Assembly: GCA_000146045.2 (NCBI GenBank)
Contig: BK006949.2
Location: forward strand, 800,001-864,000
Length of the DNA stretch: 64,000 nucleotides
Direction: 5' to 3'
DNA from: TPA_inf: Saccharomyces
Taxonomy: Eukaryota
The translations under genes and the position numbers were made by a program. Shown here in pieces: positions 33,689 through 44,749 of the stretch (position 1 is the first letter of the stretch; every line of letters begins with the position of its first letter). Under the pieces are notes generated by a model. It did not search any database. It was not told the origin of the DNA and saw only the letters and a program-made list of their open reading frames with translations.

Positions 33689-34245
33689 ATGAGGTATGTT
33701 ATTCATTACCAAGACTATATCCGCCACGGCTGGATGCAGGCATCGCTCCCTGTGGCTTAAGAAAATAATAGGCACAAAACTAACAATAAAAACATCCACT
33801 ACTCTGTCGCATGTTCCCTGTGCTCAGATCATTCGTAACAAATAACGATATACCTGTTGGATATGTAACGCCAAAATTCCCCTCATTATACTGGCCCATC
33901 AACAACTCGAAGTATAATACTGCATTCTTATACTATATATCTGACATTTGGAAATTTTCGCTGTACTGGACTTTGATCTTTAATGGTGCATTTTACGTTA
34001 CTGCTGGTGTGTATGCTAGCTTGACCCATAGAAAGAAGGCTGGAAGTGTATGGATATTCGTCATGTACGTCTTATACGGAGGCGTTCAAGGCTTGACGAC
34101 TGGTACAGTTATGGGGTTTTTAATAGGTGCGATCTATAGATCTGGTTTATTTTCTATGTCTACATGGGTCCCACTTTGTTGCGCAGTAGTCCAAATCCTT
34201 TTCGATGTGGTGCTAAGTTATTCCATGGTTGGTTCCGTTATGTGA
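33689..34245 (+). CDS. Spliced gene: exon 1 33689-33693 (ATGAG), intron 33694-33827, exon 2 33828-34245; 140-aa small membrane protein (YPR153W)
   Basis: 5' splice site GTATGT at 33694-33699, branchpoint ACTAAC at 33779-33784, and 3' AG at 33826-33827 about 43 nt downstream. Splicing joins in frame (ATG AG|A TCA...) to give 140 aa. The ORF-track ORF 33811-34245 starts at an intronic ATG. Confidence 0.75.
33694..33827 (+). other. Spliceosomal intron (134 nt) of YPR153W
   Basis: GTATGT ... (A)ACTAAC ... CAG. The branchpoint-to-3' splice site spacing is canonical. Confidence 0.7.
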
Positions 34246-34564
34246 AAGCTTCTGTCAAGAAAAAACAAGAAGGGGTTTACTGATTTGATGATAAAAGTTA
34301 GCAGCAACTTTTGAATGAGAATGTGCCATCCTTCACGTAAAGAGCCTAATACTCTTTCTTCAAAGCGCTAGATTGTTCTAAACGTTTCTTTAACTATTGT
34401 TTTCGTTCGTGCAGCGTGATTAACCGAGCCTCCTTCGAGGCGGGGATGGATATTGTAAGCTGCATATATAGTCGAACCTCAAATCGGTTGAGACAATAGG
34501 CAAAGTGCCCACATTGGCGCAAACACAAGAACATTAGGAAAGAAGGCAATCTGATATTTCAAAA

Positions 34565-35212
34565 ATGTCTGCTTCATTGATTAATCGTTCCTTAACAAAC
34601 ATTAGGACAGAACTGGATTTTCTAAAAGGGTCAAATGTCATTTCAAATGACGTTTACGATCAAATAAATAAGAGCTTGCCGGCAAAATGGGATCCTGCCA
34701 ATGCACCCCGCAACGCCAGTCCAGCTTCCTTGGAATATGTCGAAGCTCTTTATCAATTTGATCCTCAACAAGATGGTGATTTGGGCTTAAAACCAGGTGA
34801 CAAGGTCCAACTTTTAGAAAAATTATCTCCAGAGTGGTACAAGGGTAGCTGTAATGGCCGTACCGGTATTTTCCCAGCAAACTATGTCAAGCCAGCTTTC
34901 TCTGGGTCTAACGGTCCATCCAATCTTCCACCACCTCCACAGTATAAAGCTCAAGAATTACAACAAATCCCCACGCAAAATAGTGCCGCATCATCTTATC
35001 AACAGCAGCCATTTCCTCCACCTTCCACAAATTATTATCAGCAGCCTCAACAACAGCCGCAACAAGCTCCTCCTCCCCAACAACAACAACAACAACAACA
35101 ACATCAGAGCTCACATAGCCACTTGAAGAGCTTTGGTAGCAAATTGGGTAATGCCGCCATTTTTGGGGCAGGCGCTAGTATTGGGTCAGATATTGTTAAT
35201 AATATCTTTTAA
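34565..35212 (+). CDS. PIN3: SH3-domain protein with a Q/P/N-rich prion-like C-terminus (215 aa)
   Basis: SH3 domain (ALYQFDPQQDGDLGLKPGDKVQLLEKLSPEWYKGSCNGRTGIFPANYV). Contains a (CAA)8 polyglutamine tract at 35078-35101. Confidence 0.85.
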   Translation: MSASLINRSLTNIRTELDFLKGSNVISNDVYDQINKSLPAKWDPANAPRNASPASLEYVEALYQFDPQQDGDLGLKPGDKVQLLEKLSPEWYKGSCNGRTGIFPANYVKPAFSGSNGPSNLPPPPQYKAQELQQIPTQNSAASSYQQQPFPPPSTNYYQQPQQQPQQAPPPQQQQQQQQHQSSHSHLKSFGSKLGNAAIFGAGASIGSDIVNNIF

Positions 35213-35562
35213 GTCGTTTTTCTCTTTATATACTTCATTCATTTGTTCTCCATTATGGCCAAACCTTTCATAAATTGAACGAAGTTCTACCTTTGGTGTT
35301 GTTATCCCTAGAATTTTTTTCTAATGAGTATGAATTTAAGTAACCTTTTTTTTTCTTTTTTTTTAAACAGATATATCGTATATGGAGGATAATAGTACAT
35401 CACTTATGATATGAGCGAGAAAATCTGTCTTTTTAGTAAAAAAGTATAAAAAGTAAAAAGGCGTCGATTTTGCGTTGATTTCTTTATATTTACGTCTGTA
35501 CAAAAAATACATTAAGAATATATTCAATATCTTCCCTTTCTTCTTCCCCAGCAGGCTATACG

Positions 35563-37413
35563 CTAATGGATTAAAAACCTGCCATATACGTGGTATATCC
35601 TGTTGACGACATTTATATGAGCTCCGGAGTCAAGATTGGTATCCACCAGTTCCTCAACGTCCCTAAACCATTCTTTCTTTCTTGAACGCGGGATCAAAAA
35701 ACTTCCCAATTTGTATAAGTTAGAAACCTCAATCACTAGTAGACCCTGGTTTAAGTGTTCCTCATCGGCGTCCGCACCTTGTTTAGAATAATTCAAAACT
35801 CTTTCCACATTATTCAAACTTATACTTATTTGCTCCCTATACCGTTTTTCATTAGACCAGACATTGCCTAGTTTGACAAATCTTTTTAACGCCACTATAG
35901 AAGAATATAGTATCACTAAAGCCGGAGATAATGCTACAACTCCAAACACCAACTGTTGCGATTTCAGCATTTTATCAATGCCATTCAATGCCATAGATCC
36001 ATCGACTTTTGTTTTTTGCAGTTGAATCAATAAAGACCTGACTAATCCACCCGTAGCTATATTCTTTATCGGATGATGTAGTTGTGTTTCATATATTTCC
36101 ATAAATTCGGTCAAATCACCATGTTCGACTTTAGTACTCAATAGAATAGGGTCTATGGGGCTGTTAGACGTCGAATCACTATTATCCACAACAAAACTAA
36201 CAATCATTCTGGTAAGAGAATCCATGTCAGAGTTTAATGTCTCCTGTGATGTCACTGAAATGGCGCTTCCCTCGTCATGCTTAACAGTAGACCAAACCTG
36301 TTTCAGGGGTGCCCATAACCAGTTCAAGATCAGCCCTTTCGCAAAGTCAACGACATTGGTCTTAATGAAATCTTGAATAAAATACCGGGAATTCCACAAC
36401 GACATAACAGAAGATGGTCCATATAAAAGACACAACAAAATTGAAGGCCAGTATCTAGTCAATATACTTGGTTTAGTGAACCTTCTTAAAGGATGATCTT
36501 TATGAAATTTCGCTGAGCATCGGATCACATCTAGTAAATTCGAATCAGACATGGCTAATCCAAAGAAGTCCTGTAAAGATTTTAGACGTCTTTCGTAGTT
36601 CGGTAAATGTACTTCGGTGAACATACCATTTTCTTCTGGTTGTTGATCGAATTCAGTGATCAACTGCCCCAGTTTAATAGTATAATACTTTGATGATTGA
36701 GTGACCATATCAAGTCTTTCGTGCACTATACCGCGAGGTATATCAGAAACCAATGAAGCTATTTCAATTGGTTTCTTCGGTAGCCCGACAAACCTGAAGT
36801 TCCGAATCACCATAAATTTGTTTATTCTTGGGCGTATTTTTTCTAGTAAATCAACTGACAAGGCCTTTAGGGACCATTTTTGATGCGACAGTTTTTTCTT
36901 ATTTACATCCTTCAAAACAGTTTGAGATAAAAGACGTATTGTCGATACTGAATTTTGTAAACAGTAAAGAAAAGACTTTAGGATTGAATCACTTACTGTT
37001 TTGTAGTACTGTTCAGCTTCATACACGGCAGGTAAACCTTGGACGCATTCGTTGGTCACAGAATAGTAGCACAATAATATAATGTACTCAAATATGGCTT
37101 GGCTAACAAGATATTGCAAATCTCCGTCTTCAAAGGATGAGGGATCAGCAATGTCCTTGCAAATATTGTATAGCAAATCAAAAGGCACCGAACAATAAGA
37201 GTCAATATTGTCAGTTTTGATTGAAATGCAGATTTTTTCAACAATTGACCTGATCAATTGTAATTGATCTTGTAACCTACTTAGTTCTTCATTTTCCTCA
37301 CGTACGTCTTGAATCAATTGTTGCTGTGAATCAAATGCAACCTCTCGTAGTGATTCCTCTAATGAATGACTTATCTCTTCAAAAGATTTCAAAATACGCC
37401 TATTGATGATCAT
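35563..37413 (-). CDS. NCA2: Nuclear control of ATPase protein 2 (616 aa)
   Basis: 616-aa ORF with C-terminal TM segments. Length and position match NCA2. Confidence 0.75.
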   Translation of the reverse strand: MIINRRILKSFEEISHSLEESLREVAFDSQQQLIQDVREENEELSRLQDQLQLIRSIVEKICISIKTDNIDSYCSVPFDLLYNICKDIADPSSFEDGDLQYLVSQAIFEYIILLCYYSVTNECVQGLPAVYEAEQYYKTVSDSILKSFLYCLQNSVSTIRLLSQTVLKDVNKKKLSHQKWSLKALSVDLLEKIRPRINKFMVIRNFRFVGLPKKPIEIASLVSDIPRGIVHERLDMVTQSSKYYTIKLGQLITEFDQQPEENGMFTEVHLPNYERRLKSLQDFFGLAMSDSNLLDVIRCSAKFHKDHPLRRFTKPSILTRYWPSILLCLLYGPSSVMSLWNSRYFIQDFIKTNVVDFAKGLILNWLWAPLKQVWSTVKHDEGSAISVTSQETLNSDMDSLTRMIVSFVVDNSDSTSNSPIDPILLSTKVEHGDLTEFMEIYETQLHHPIKNIATGGLVRSLLIQLQKTKVDGSMALNGIDKMLKSQQLVFGVVALSPALVILYSSIVALKRFVKLGNVWSNEKRYREQISISLNNVERVLNYSKQGADADEEHLNQGLLVIEVSNLYKLGSFLIPRSRKKEWFRDVEELVDTNLDSGAHINVVNRIYHVYGRFLIH

Positions 37414-37908
37414 TTAAGAATATTAATTAAGGAACCTGCAATTTTGCAATAGGACTATTTTGTTGACTTTGTTGTTATTACTAAGTTTTAAAGTGGAAAA
37501 GAATTCCGACCCTTTGTTTAGTGAGTGGGGGTCAATCAAATTCGTATTCCTCGGTCAAATGAGGAGGAATGTAAAAACCGAAAATAAAGTCATCGCATAG
37601 GTACAAGAAGAATGAACTTGAGAAGTTCAAATTTCTAATTCAATTTTTTTTTTTTTCTATACATATAAATTAATAAAGTTACTCACGGTTTGAAGGTCAA
37701 TCAATATATTTGTTTAGGATAGCAATAGATAAAAGAACAATAGAGAAAGAATGTAAAATACGTAAAAATATATGTACATTACTGTCGGATAATGGTTTGA
37801 ATGCATGTTTGATATGTTTGCTTATGTTTGCTTATGTTTGCTTATGTTTTTATCATTACTACTACTATAATTTTTCATTATTATGCTCGATTCGTAAAAT
37901 CGTTACTC

Positions 37909-39777
37909 TTATTCAATACTATCTATGGAATAATCCTTCTTGGATAACTTATGTCTCAAACCTTTGCCCCAGTAAGAAAATGCAAAAGGTAAAGCAATCA
38001 TAGCAGTGGAGATGAAAGCCAACAACCAAGAACCCCAGTGCAGATTCAATTTGTGGTACATTTGAATGGTAAACAAGGGGAAGGCAGCACCACCGGCGGA
38101 TCTTAAGAAAACCTTTGTAGCCAGAGCACTGGATGCGTATTGGACGTAGCAATCAATAATGTAATTATTCAATGAATAATAAATCAACACCATACCGAAA
38201 CCAAAAGCTAAACCAGCTGAAGCTGGACCAACCCAAATAATATGTTTATAAGCGGTAGCACCCAGGATCCATAAAGCAATTGCAGCAAATGGAGCACCGA
38301 TCTTAGCACCTAGCAAACGATCTTCAGGAGTAGGTTTACGCTGTTTGACAATTTGTAAATACTTGTTTTCACAGTAGAAAGTTGTGGCTAACGCCCAAAG
38401 AGCACCGATAACAATAGGAATAAACATCAAACCCACAAGGTTGTCTTTGTAGCCATATAGTTCACCGAAAATGACAGGGAAGGCAAAGAAGAACGCATAT
38501 AGTAGAGAGTAAATCAAACACACGTAGAAACAAGTAGCAACTAGAACAGGTTCAGTGACAGAGAAGTACAAAGGTCTCAACAGACAAGCCCTCATCATTT
38601 CACCCATACTGACACCTTGCGCTTCCTGCTCAGTCATAATCTTGGGATTACCAGTTTCCTTTCTTAATCTAGCAGCCTTTCTCTTCAAGATAACTGGAGC
38701 GTACGTTTCTGGGATGGCAGAAGATATGATCCACATAACACCTGCAAAGGCCATATTGACCCAGAAAATCAGGTCCATACGTCCGGTAGAAACGGAAATA
38801 AAACCGTTAACTAGTGGACCAACAACGGGACCAACGTAAGGAGCAAAAGCGAAGAAAGCAATAGCCTTACCTCTTGTTTCACTTGGGAACATATCGGCAA
38901 TAGACCCACCAACTAAACACAAACCAGATGATGACCAAACACCACATAAAAATCTACAAGCTAAAAGACTACCTAGATTTGGAGCTAAGGCGCAAGGGAT
39001 ATTGAAGATGACATAAAGACCCATAGAAACAAAGTAAGCAACTCTTCTACCGTAAAGATCACTAACAGGAGACCAAATCAAAGGACCCAGCGAGAACCCA
39101 ATAACCATTAAAGAAACCGATAAAATAGCGGCTTCCATACCTACATGGTATTTCTTTTCAACGGTTCCCAACCCACCACTGATACAAGCAGACCCGTAGG
39201 CGACACAAATAACTAAGATTGACAGTAGGACAGTGTAACTCCAACGGATCCATGCAGGCCAGTTATGGGGGTTTTCTGGATCGCCAGTCACAAAGGTAAC
39301 GAATTCAATTTCCGGATCTAGATCTGGAGCTTCGTCATTCGCACCACTAGAGTCGCCTTCTTTACCCTTTTCGTTATTATCACTTTCTAAAGCATCTTCA
39401 TTAGAAGAAGGCGAAGAAGCGCCATCGATCTGTCTAGTTCTCGTACGGGAAATCGCAGTAGAAGTTCTACCTATGGAATGTAGAGTGGCGACAGGAACTA
39501 AACCTGTAGGGGTTTCTAAAGTATATTCTTCAGGAAAAATCTTATTCTTGCTAGATTGAGGAGCATTAACATCAGGAACGGGGGCTTTGGAGCTCACACC
39601 CATGTCCTGCAATGACTTCACGGTTTCCGTCCGGGTCAACTTCAGTTGATTAGGAGCCATGTTGGATTTAGATCCACTCTCTGAAGGGATATATTGTTGC
39701 GGCTGCTGACTTTCTACATCAGACAACGAAGATGTTTCGTCTGAATTAAACGAATTTATGGATTCCTGTCTGTTCAT
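37909..39777 (-). CDS. TPO3: MFS (DHA1) polyamine/drug:H+ antiporter (622 aa)
   Basis: 12-TM major-facilitator core preceded by a long hydrophilic Ser-rich N-terminus of about 170 aa. Length 622 aa. Confidence 0.85.
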   Translation of the reverse strand: MNRQESINSFNSDETSSLSDVESQQPQQYIPSESGSKSNMAPNQLKLTRTETVKSLQDMGVSSKAPVPDVNAPQSSKNKIFPEEYTLETPTGLVPVATLHSIGRTSTAISRTRTRQIDGASSPSSNEDALESDNNEKGKEGDSSGANDEAPDLDPEIEFVTFVTGDPENPHNWPAWIRWSYTVLLSILVICVAYGSACISGGLGTVEKKYHVGMEAAILSVSLMVIGFSLGPLIWSPVSDLYGRRVAYFVSMGLYVIFNIPCALAPNLGSLLACRFLCGVWSSSGLCLVGGSIADMFPSETRGKAIAFFAFAPYVGPVVGPLVNGFISVSTGRMDLIFWVNMAFAGVMWIISSAIPETYAPVILKRKAARLRKETGNPKIMTEQEAQGVSMGEMMRACLLRPLYFSVTEPVLVATCFYVCLIYSLLYAFFFAFPVIFGELYGYKDNLVGLMFIPIVIGALWALATTFYCENKYLQIVKQRKPTPEDRLLGAKIGAPFAAIALWILGATAYKHIIWVGPASAGLAFGFGMVLIYYSLNNYIIDCYVQYASSALATKVFLRSAGGAAFPLFTIQMYHKLNLHWGSWLLAFISTAMIALPFAFSYWGKGLRHKLSKKDYSIDSIE

Positions 39778-41265
39778 TTCTGTTTATCTTTGGCTAGAGG
39801 AGTACTAATGCAAAATTAAAATAATGAAGTAAGAAGGGAGAAAGTAATTAGTTATATTAGAAAACTAGACCACGAAATTTGTAGTATAATTATGGGTATG
39901 ACAATTAAAGAATTAGGGTGAACGCTACCGGTGAGGACAAAAAAGGCTGAACGAAGAAGAAAAATAAAAAGAAGATTAGATCAACGCACCTAGACGAAAA
40001 AGAGCAAATACTGCTTATTGTATTCACTTTGGAGAACAGGTTGTAACAGGACAGCTGACAATTGCTAAGTTAAGTAGATTACAAAGACAAATGTTCTTAG
40101 GCGAAAAGAATATATAAACTAAAAGAAAAAGTGGAAAAAGGGTACGTGTAAAAAGAGACTAGGATGGTTGAGCAGCGAATGATTGCAAGATATATAAAAG
40201 AAACGAGCCAGTTTTACAGCGTTTAACGCAGATCCAGAATATGAACAAAATGCATTAGGAAATAAATGAAAAAAATGGCTCTATGGATCAGGGATCATCA
40301 TGGCTGCCGGAAACTACGCCGTTCTGTTTTGTTTTTGTTTTTCCTTTTTCCCGTTTGGGTGAAATCAGTGAGCTGTTCCGATCCGTTGGGCGAAGACATT
40401 GCCGCAGTGACGAAGCCCGGCTAGTCCGATTGGGCTCCAGTAAACCCCTCGCCAAGCACAGAGAAGCTAGTCAGAGGCCCGCTAGACTGTACTTACTGGT
40501 CTTTAGCACACGACGACCGTACTTTGCACGTGGCTGCAGACACATTTTGTATGGAGGGAATGCTTGATTATATAAAGAGCTCTGTTTTTATGTTACCCGT
40601 CCAACGTTCTCACCCGGCTCCGCGCTATTTTTTTTTTTTTTTTTTTTTTTTTTCAGACCCACACAAAATCCGCGTAGCCGAGATTGCTTATGTATGTTAT
40701 CATATTGCCTGTTTGAGATATGCAGGATCAGCATAGCATGTCTCTAACCAAATTGTGGGTCAGTCAATTATGTTGCTCTTTTGGGTATACGCTTTCACCG
40801 GATTCTCGAGAAATCGTATAATGCATGCCCCAAAGCAGTGGCCGTTCTCGGAAAAATAAAAATAGTTTATATCTCAATTTAGTTATATGGCTATGACGGA
40901 AACGACAAAATCAAATTGAAACTTAGAAAAAATAAAAAACAGCGCATTATTAAGGTTTCATGACTCCGTATTCGCTGTCCTACGTGTAAATAGGAAGAAG
41001 AAAAAAGTGAAAAAGGAAGAACCCTTCTTTTGAAGGAAAGCATAACTCGTTACTCATACGACGGATGCGAGATATACTCTCTACGTAGTTGTACTAGCCG
41101 AATGAAAAAAGAGAAAGTTCCGAATATGTAAAATTGAAATTTCTCTTCTTTATAATAGAACTAACAATTGAACTTTCCTTTTCTTTTGAAGCTACCGTCA
41201 ATGACAAAGAAGGCAGCTTTGATAAAGTACTCAATAGGTAAAGCAAACTTCAATTCAGTTAGCGA

Positions 41266-42669
41266 ATGCATTGCGTACTAGCGCGAATATTGTTATGGTT
41301 CTTAATAGTAGATCTAAGCGTCATACGGGCGCTTGTCCTTCCACCATTGAAAGATTATGATCCGTTAGAGCCTTTGATGAAAAGAGACATGGCCATGGGT
41401 CAACGGAACAGATTCAAAGTCGACGGCCAATTGCCGCCCATACTAAATTCCACAGATGTGACAGATGATCAGAGAAGTCTGCATACGCCTGGAGAGATTC
41501 CATCTTATGTCATCAATCATTGTCCCTTAGTGCACTTGTATAGCGAAGAGAAATATTGGCCATCGGACATTGCTGAGTACGTTCAAAACTTCCAAATTAA
41601 AGATAAAAACGGCAATTCTATATCCACTCATGAAAATTTGACACTGCATGACTTGAAGGCGGAATACCACGTAGATTTATTTGGCAACAAAACGGAAACG
41701 CATATCCCCAGTAGCGAGGTATTTTTAACCAGTTTGGACGATTTCGACAAGGACCCTAAATGGTTGCTCGGTCATCTACCCGAATACGGAACAGGCTACA
41801 ACTCTAAGGCGCCTGCTATTCTGATCGTAGTCGACAAGGGGAACGGGTGGGTTGATGCGTTCTGGTTTTTCTTCTACCCATTCAATCATGGCCCTTTTAT
41901 TATGGGCCATGGACCCTGGGGCAATCACGTCGGTGACTGGGAACACTCTTTGGTTCGGTTTTATAAAGGTATTCCAAAATATCTTTGGATGAGTGCGCAT
42001 TCCAGTGGAACAGGCTACAGATACGAAGCTGTTGAGAAATTTAAGAAACTACGGAAAAGAAAACAGCAAGATAGTGACGATGGTGGGGATACTATACTGG
42101 AAAGACCGTTGATTTTTAGTGCTAGAGGCACGCATGCTAATTATGCATCCGCTGGGCAGCATGCTCATGACATTCCTTTTTTTTTCATGCCTTTGAGTGA
42201 TTTTACCGATCGTGGTCCCCTGTGGGATCCATCTTTGAACTTTTACTCCTATACTTTTGATGGTAAAACTGTGACACCCTCCTCAGAGAGAGAAGAATCT
42301 CTCGGTTTGGATTGGTTGCATTTTCAAGGTGGATGGGGTGATCAACAACTACCAGCTAGAGATCCAAGACAGAAATGGTGCGTAGCTCAATGGAAGTATA
42401 TCGGAGGTCCTCGTGGCCCCCTGTTTAAGAAATTGGATAGATTGAATCTATGCGGCGGTGTGAAAAAGTGGAATTTCTGGAATGGTGGCTGCCCCGCAAG
42501 AAGATTGATAAAAAAAGCAGAAGGCTTGGACTCTGAGAGCACTGATCTTATGGGTGATAATTGTGGTGTCCTACTCTATAGAATCAGACCAAAATGGCTG
42601 AGAGGAATTCTAAGATTTCTAATGTGGAGAGGTATACTCTGTTCTCTTATGGAATTTTTCACCAATTGA
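41266..42669 (+). CDS. TDA6: Vps62-family protein (467 aa), YPR157W
   Basis: N-terminal signal/TM segment followed by a Vps62-like domain. Length 467 aa. Confidence 0.7.
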   Translation: MHCVLARILLWFLIVDLSVIRALVLPPLKDYDPLEPLMKRDMAMGQRNRFKVDGQLPPILNSTDVTDDQRSLHTPGEIPSYVINHCPLVHLYSEEKYWPSDIAEYVQNFQIKDKNGNSISTHENLTLHDLKAEYHVDLFGNKTETHIPSSEVFLTSLDDFDKDPKWLLGHLPEYGTGYNSKAPAILIVVDKGNGWVDAFWFFFYPFNHGPFIMGHGPWGNHVGDWEHSLVRFYKGIPKYLWMSAHSSGTGYRYEAVEKFKKLRKRKQQDSDDGGDTILERPLIFSARGTHANYASAGQHAHDIPFFFMPLSDFTDRGPLWDPSLNFYSYTFDGKTVTPSSEREESLGLDWLHFQGGWGDQQLPARDPRQKWCVAQWKYIGGPRGPLFKKLDRLNLCGGVKKWNFWNGGCPARRLIKKAEGLDSESTDLMGDNCGVLLYRIRPKWLRGILRFLMWRGILCSLMEFFTN

Positions 42670-43261
42670 AGAACTTTATGACAACAGAATGTTCTGATTG
42701 TAATATAATGACAAATTTTAATCTTTAGTAATATCTAATATAATAGTTAATGATAAATAGTTAATTCTAATGTTTAATGATCTGCAAATACTTTTTATGT
42801 TTTTCAACATAGTTTTTAATGTGTTTCTACACTTGATCGCAACTAAATCTAAATAAACACACAAGCACAAAATATGATAAAAAAGCAATTTGGCTAGAAG
42901 CACAGGAACCAAATATGACGTTCAATTCAAATAGACCCTTATTTCTGGTCTTGTTCATCAGTCCCTGATGTCTTGCTCTTTCCTTCTGCAATTGATAGCG
43001 CCACACTTCTCAAAAGCAGTGGAAAAAAAAATCATTTCCCAGAAGAACGCGAGAGAACTCCATAGAAAAAAGGGAACTTTCCTACTCAAAAGAGAAAGGG
43101 AAAAATAATTGCGATATATCTTATAGCCTTTTTTTTTTTCCAACTTTCTATTTTTGTAAAAATGAAAATTTCCTTCATAAGCTACAATAAGACTACTCCA
43201 TCCCTTGTTTCCTCAACGCACCGAACTCGATAGGACTGGTCGTAAAACAGAAAACTGACTA

Positions 43262-44020
43262 ATGGCTGCCGCATGCATTTGTCAACCTAATCTTCTTGAG
43301 ATTAATGTATCTGATGGACCACTGGATATGATCCGCAAGAAAAGAAAAATACAACAGCCGCAACTACGTCCACCCCTTCGAGAGAATAAATGCCAACCAC
43401 ACTTTTCTGTACGAAAGGTAAACCAGTCTTACATAATTTCTCTCCATAAAGAAATCACATGCCAACTCATTGCAGAAATTGTCAAACAAAAGTTATCGAG
43501 GATTTGGGAAAAAGTATACATACCATCTTATGAACTGATATCAGACAAAGACGGTAATCAAATTTATGTGGAACAGAGTGTCGACGAAAATAGGCTAACT
43601 TCTGAGATTATGGAGAAACTGGACCCCAACAATATTGATATAGAGGCGATCGAAATATTATTCGACGACTATCACCTAGAATTATCACGCTTGACAAACG
43701 GTATTATTATATCTAGTGCCAATGATCACTTTTACAGGGAATTCTCCTTCAATAACATAATTGATGACAACTTTAAAATTTGTGGAACAAGCATGTCTGC
43801 AGACAGTTTTGATAAGATTTATGGCGTTATGTGGATTGAAGTACCTTTCAATGGCAATGGCTTACAGAATGATAGCGCCGTTAATAGGGTTTCAACATCT
43901 CACAATCAGATAGAAGAATTGAATGACATAGAGCAGGAGATAAGAGCTTTTAATATTAGTCGAAGTAATCAAGAAAGTATCATCAAAAAGGAAGTATCTA
44001 GAAGATTGAATGGGCGGTAA
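43262..44020 (+). CDS. CUR1: Btn2-paralog sorting factor/chaperone (252 aa)
   Basis: 252-aa ORF. A heat-shock element TTCccaGAA lies at 43036-43044 upstream. Position immediately before the Ty cluster. Confidence 0.7.
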   Translation: MAAACICQPNLLEINVSDGPLDMIRKKRKIQQPQLRPPLRENKCQPHFSVRKVNQSYIISLHKEITCQLIAEIVKQKLSRIWEKVYIPSYELISDKDGNQIYVEQSVDENRLTSEIMEKLDPNNIDIEAIEILFDDYHLELSRLTNGIIISSANDHFYREFSFNNIIDDNFKICGTSMSADSFDKIYGVMWIEVPFNGNGLQNDSAVNRVSTSHNQIEELNDIEQEIRAFNISRSNQESIIKKEVSRRLNGR

Positions 44021-44349
44021 GAAATACGGGCTACGGAATTTACCGTGTGTCTTCAAATTGAGTGTCACCCTGTAAGGCTTTCTACTCTATCACAAAATAT
44101 TACATATTCTAATTCTACAATTATAGATATCAAACTTGATAAATTTAGTAGCAAATATGAAGTATTATTATGCATTTCAAAAAATTCCATTGTCCCTTCT
44201 CTTGGGCGCTTGAATTCTAAAAAAAATTAGCGCATCGCTAATAGCGCGTTTGAACCCGTCTTAAGAATGTTCATACCAGTATCAACAAGGGGTATGTTCC
44301 TCAGCATTATCTGAAGGTACTCCTCTAAATTTTTAAGTAAGAAAAGGCG

Positions 44350-44411
44350 TATAGTCATATAATTGTTGGGAATCCACCACTGATAAAGGTTATAATATCA
44401 GGTAAAGAAAT
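44350..44411 (-). repeat. Left part of an old, diverged solo delta (minus orientation) split by the Ty1 copy 2 insertion; the right part is 50341-50512
   Basis: ...ataattgttgggaatccaccactgataaaggttataatatcaggtaaagaaat aligns to the + strand reading of the LTR end TGAGATAATTGTTGGGATTCCATTGTTGATAAAGGCTATAATATTAGGTATACAGAA. The left boundary is approximate. Confidence 0.55.
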
Positions 44412-44749
44412 TGTTGGAATAAAAATCCACTATCGTCTATCAACTAATAGTTATATTATCAATATATTATCATATACGGTGTTAAGATGATGACATAAGT
44501 TATGAGAAGCTGTCATCGATGTTAGAGGAAGCTGAAACGCAAGGATTGATAATGTAATAGGATCAATGAATATAAACATATAAAACGGAATGAGGAATAA
44601 TCGTAATATTAGTATGTAGAAATATAGATTCCATTTTGAGGATTCCTATATCCTCGAGGAGAACTTCTAGTATATTCTGTATACCTAATATTATAGCCTT
44701 TATCAACAATGGAATCCCAACAATTATCTAATTACCCACATATATCTCA
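44412..44749 (+). repeat. 5' LTR of Ty1 copy 2 (338 bp; U3 variant distinct from copy 1)
   Basis: TGTTGGAATAAAAATCCACTATCG...ATATATCTCA. Identical to the 50003-50340 copy. Confidence 0.93.
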
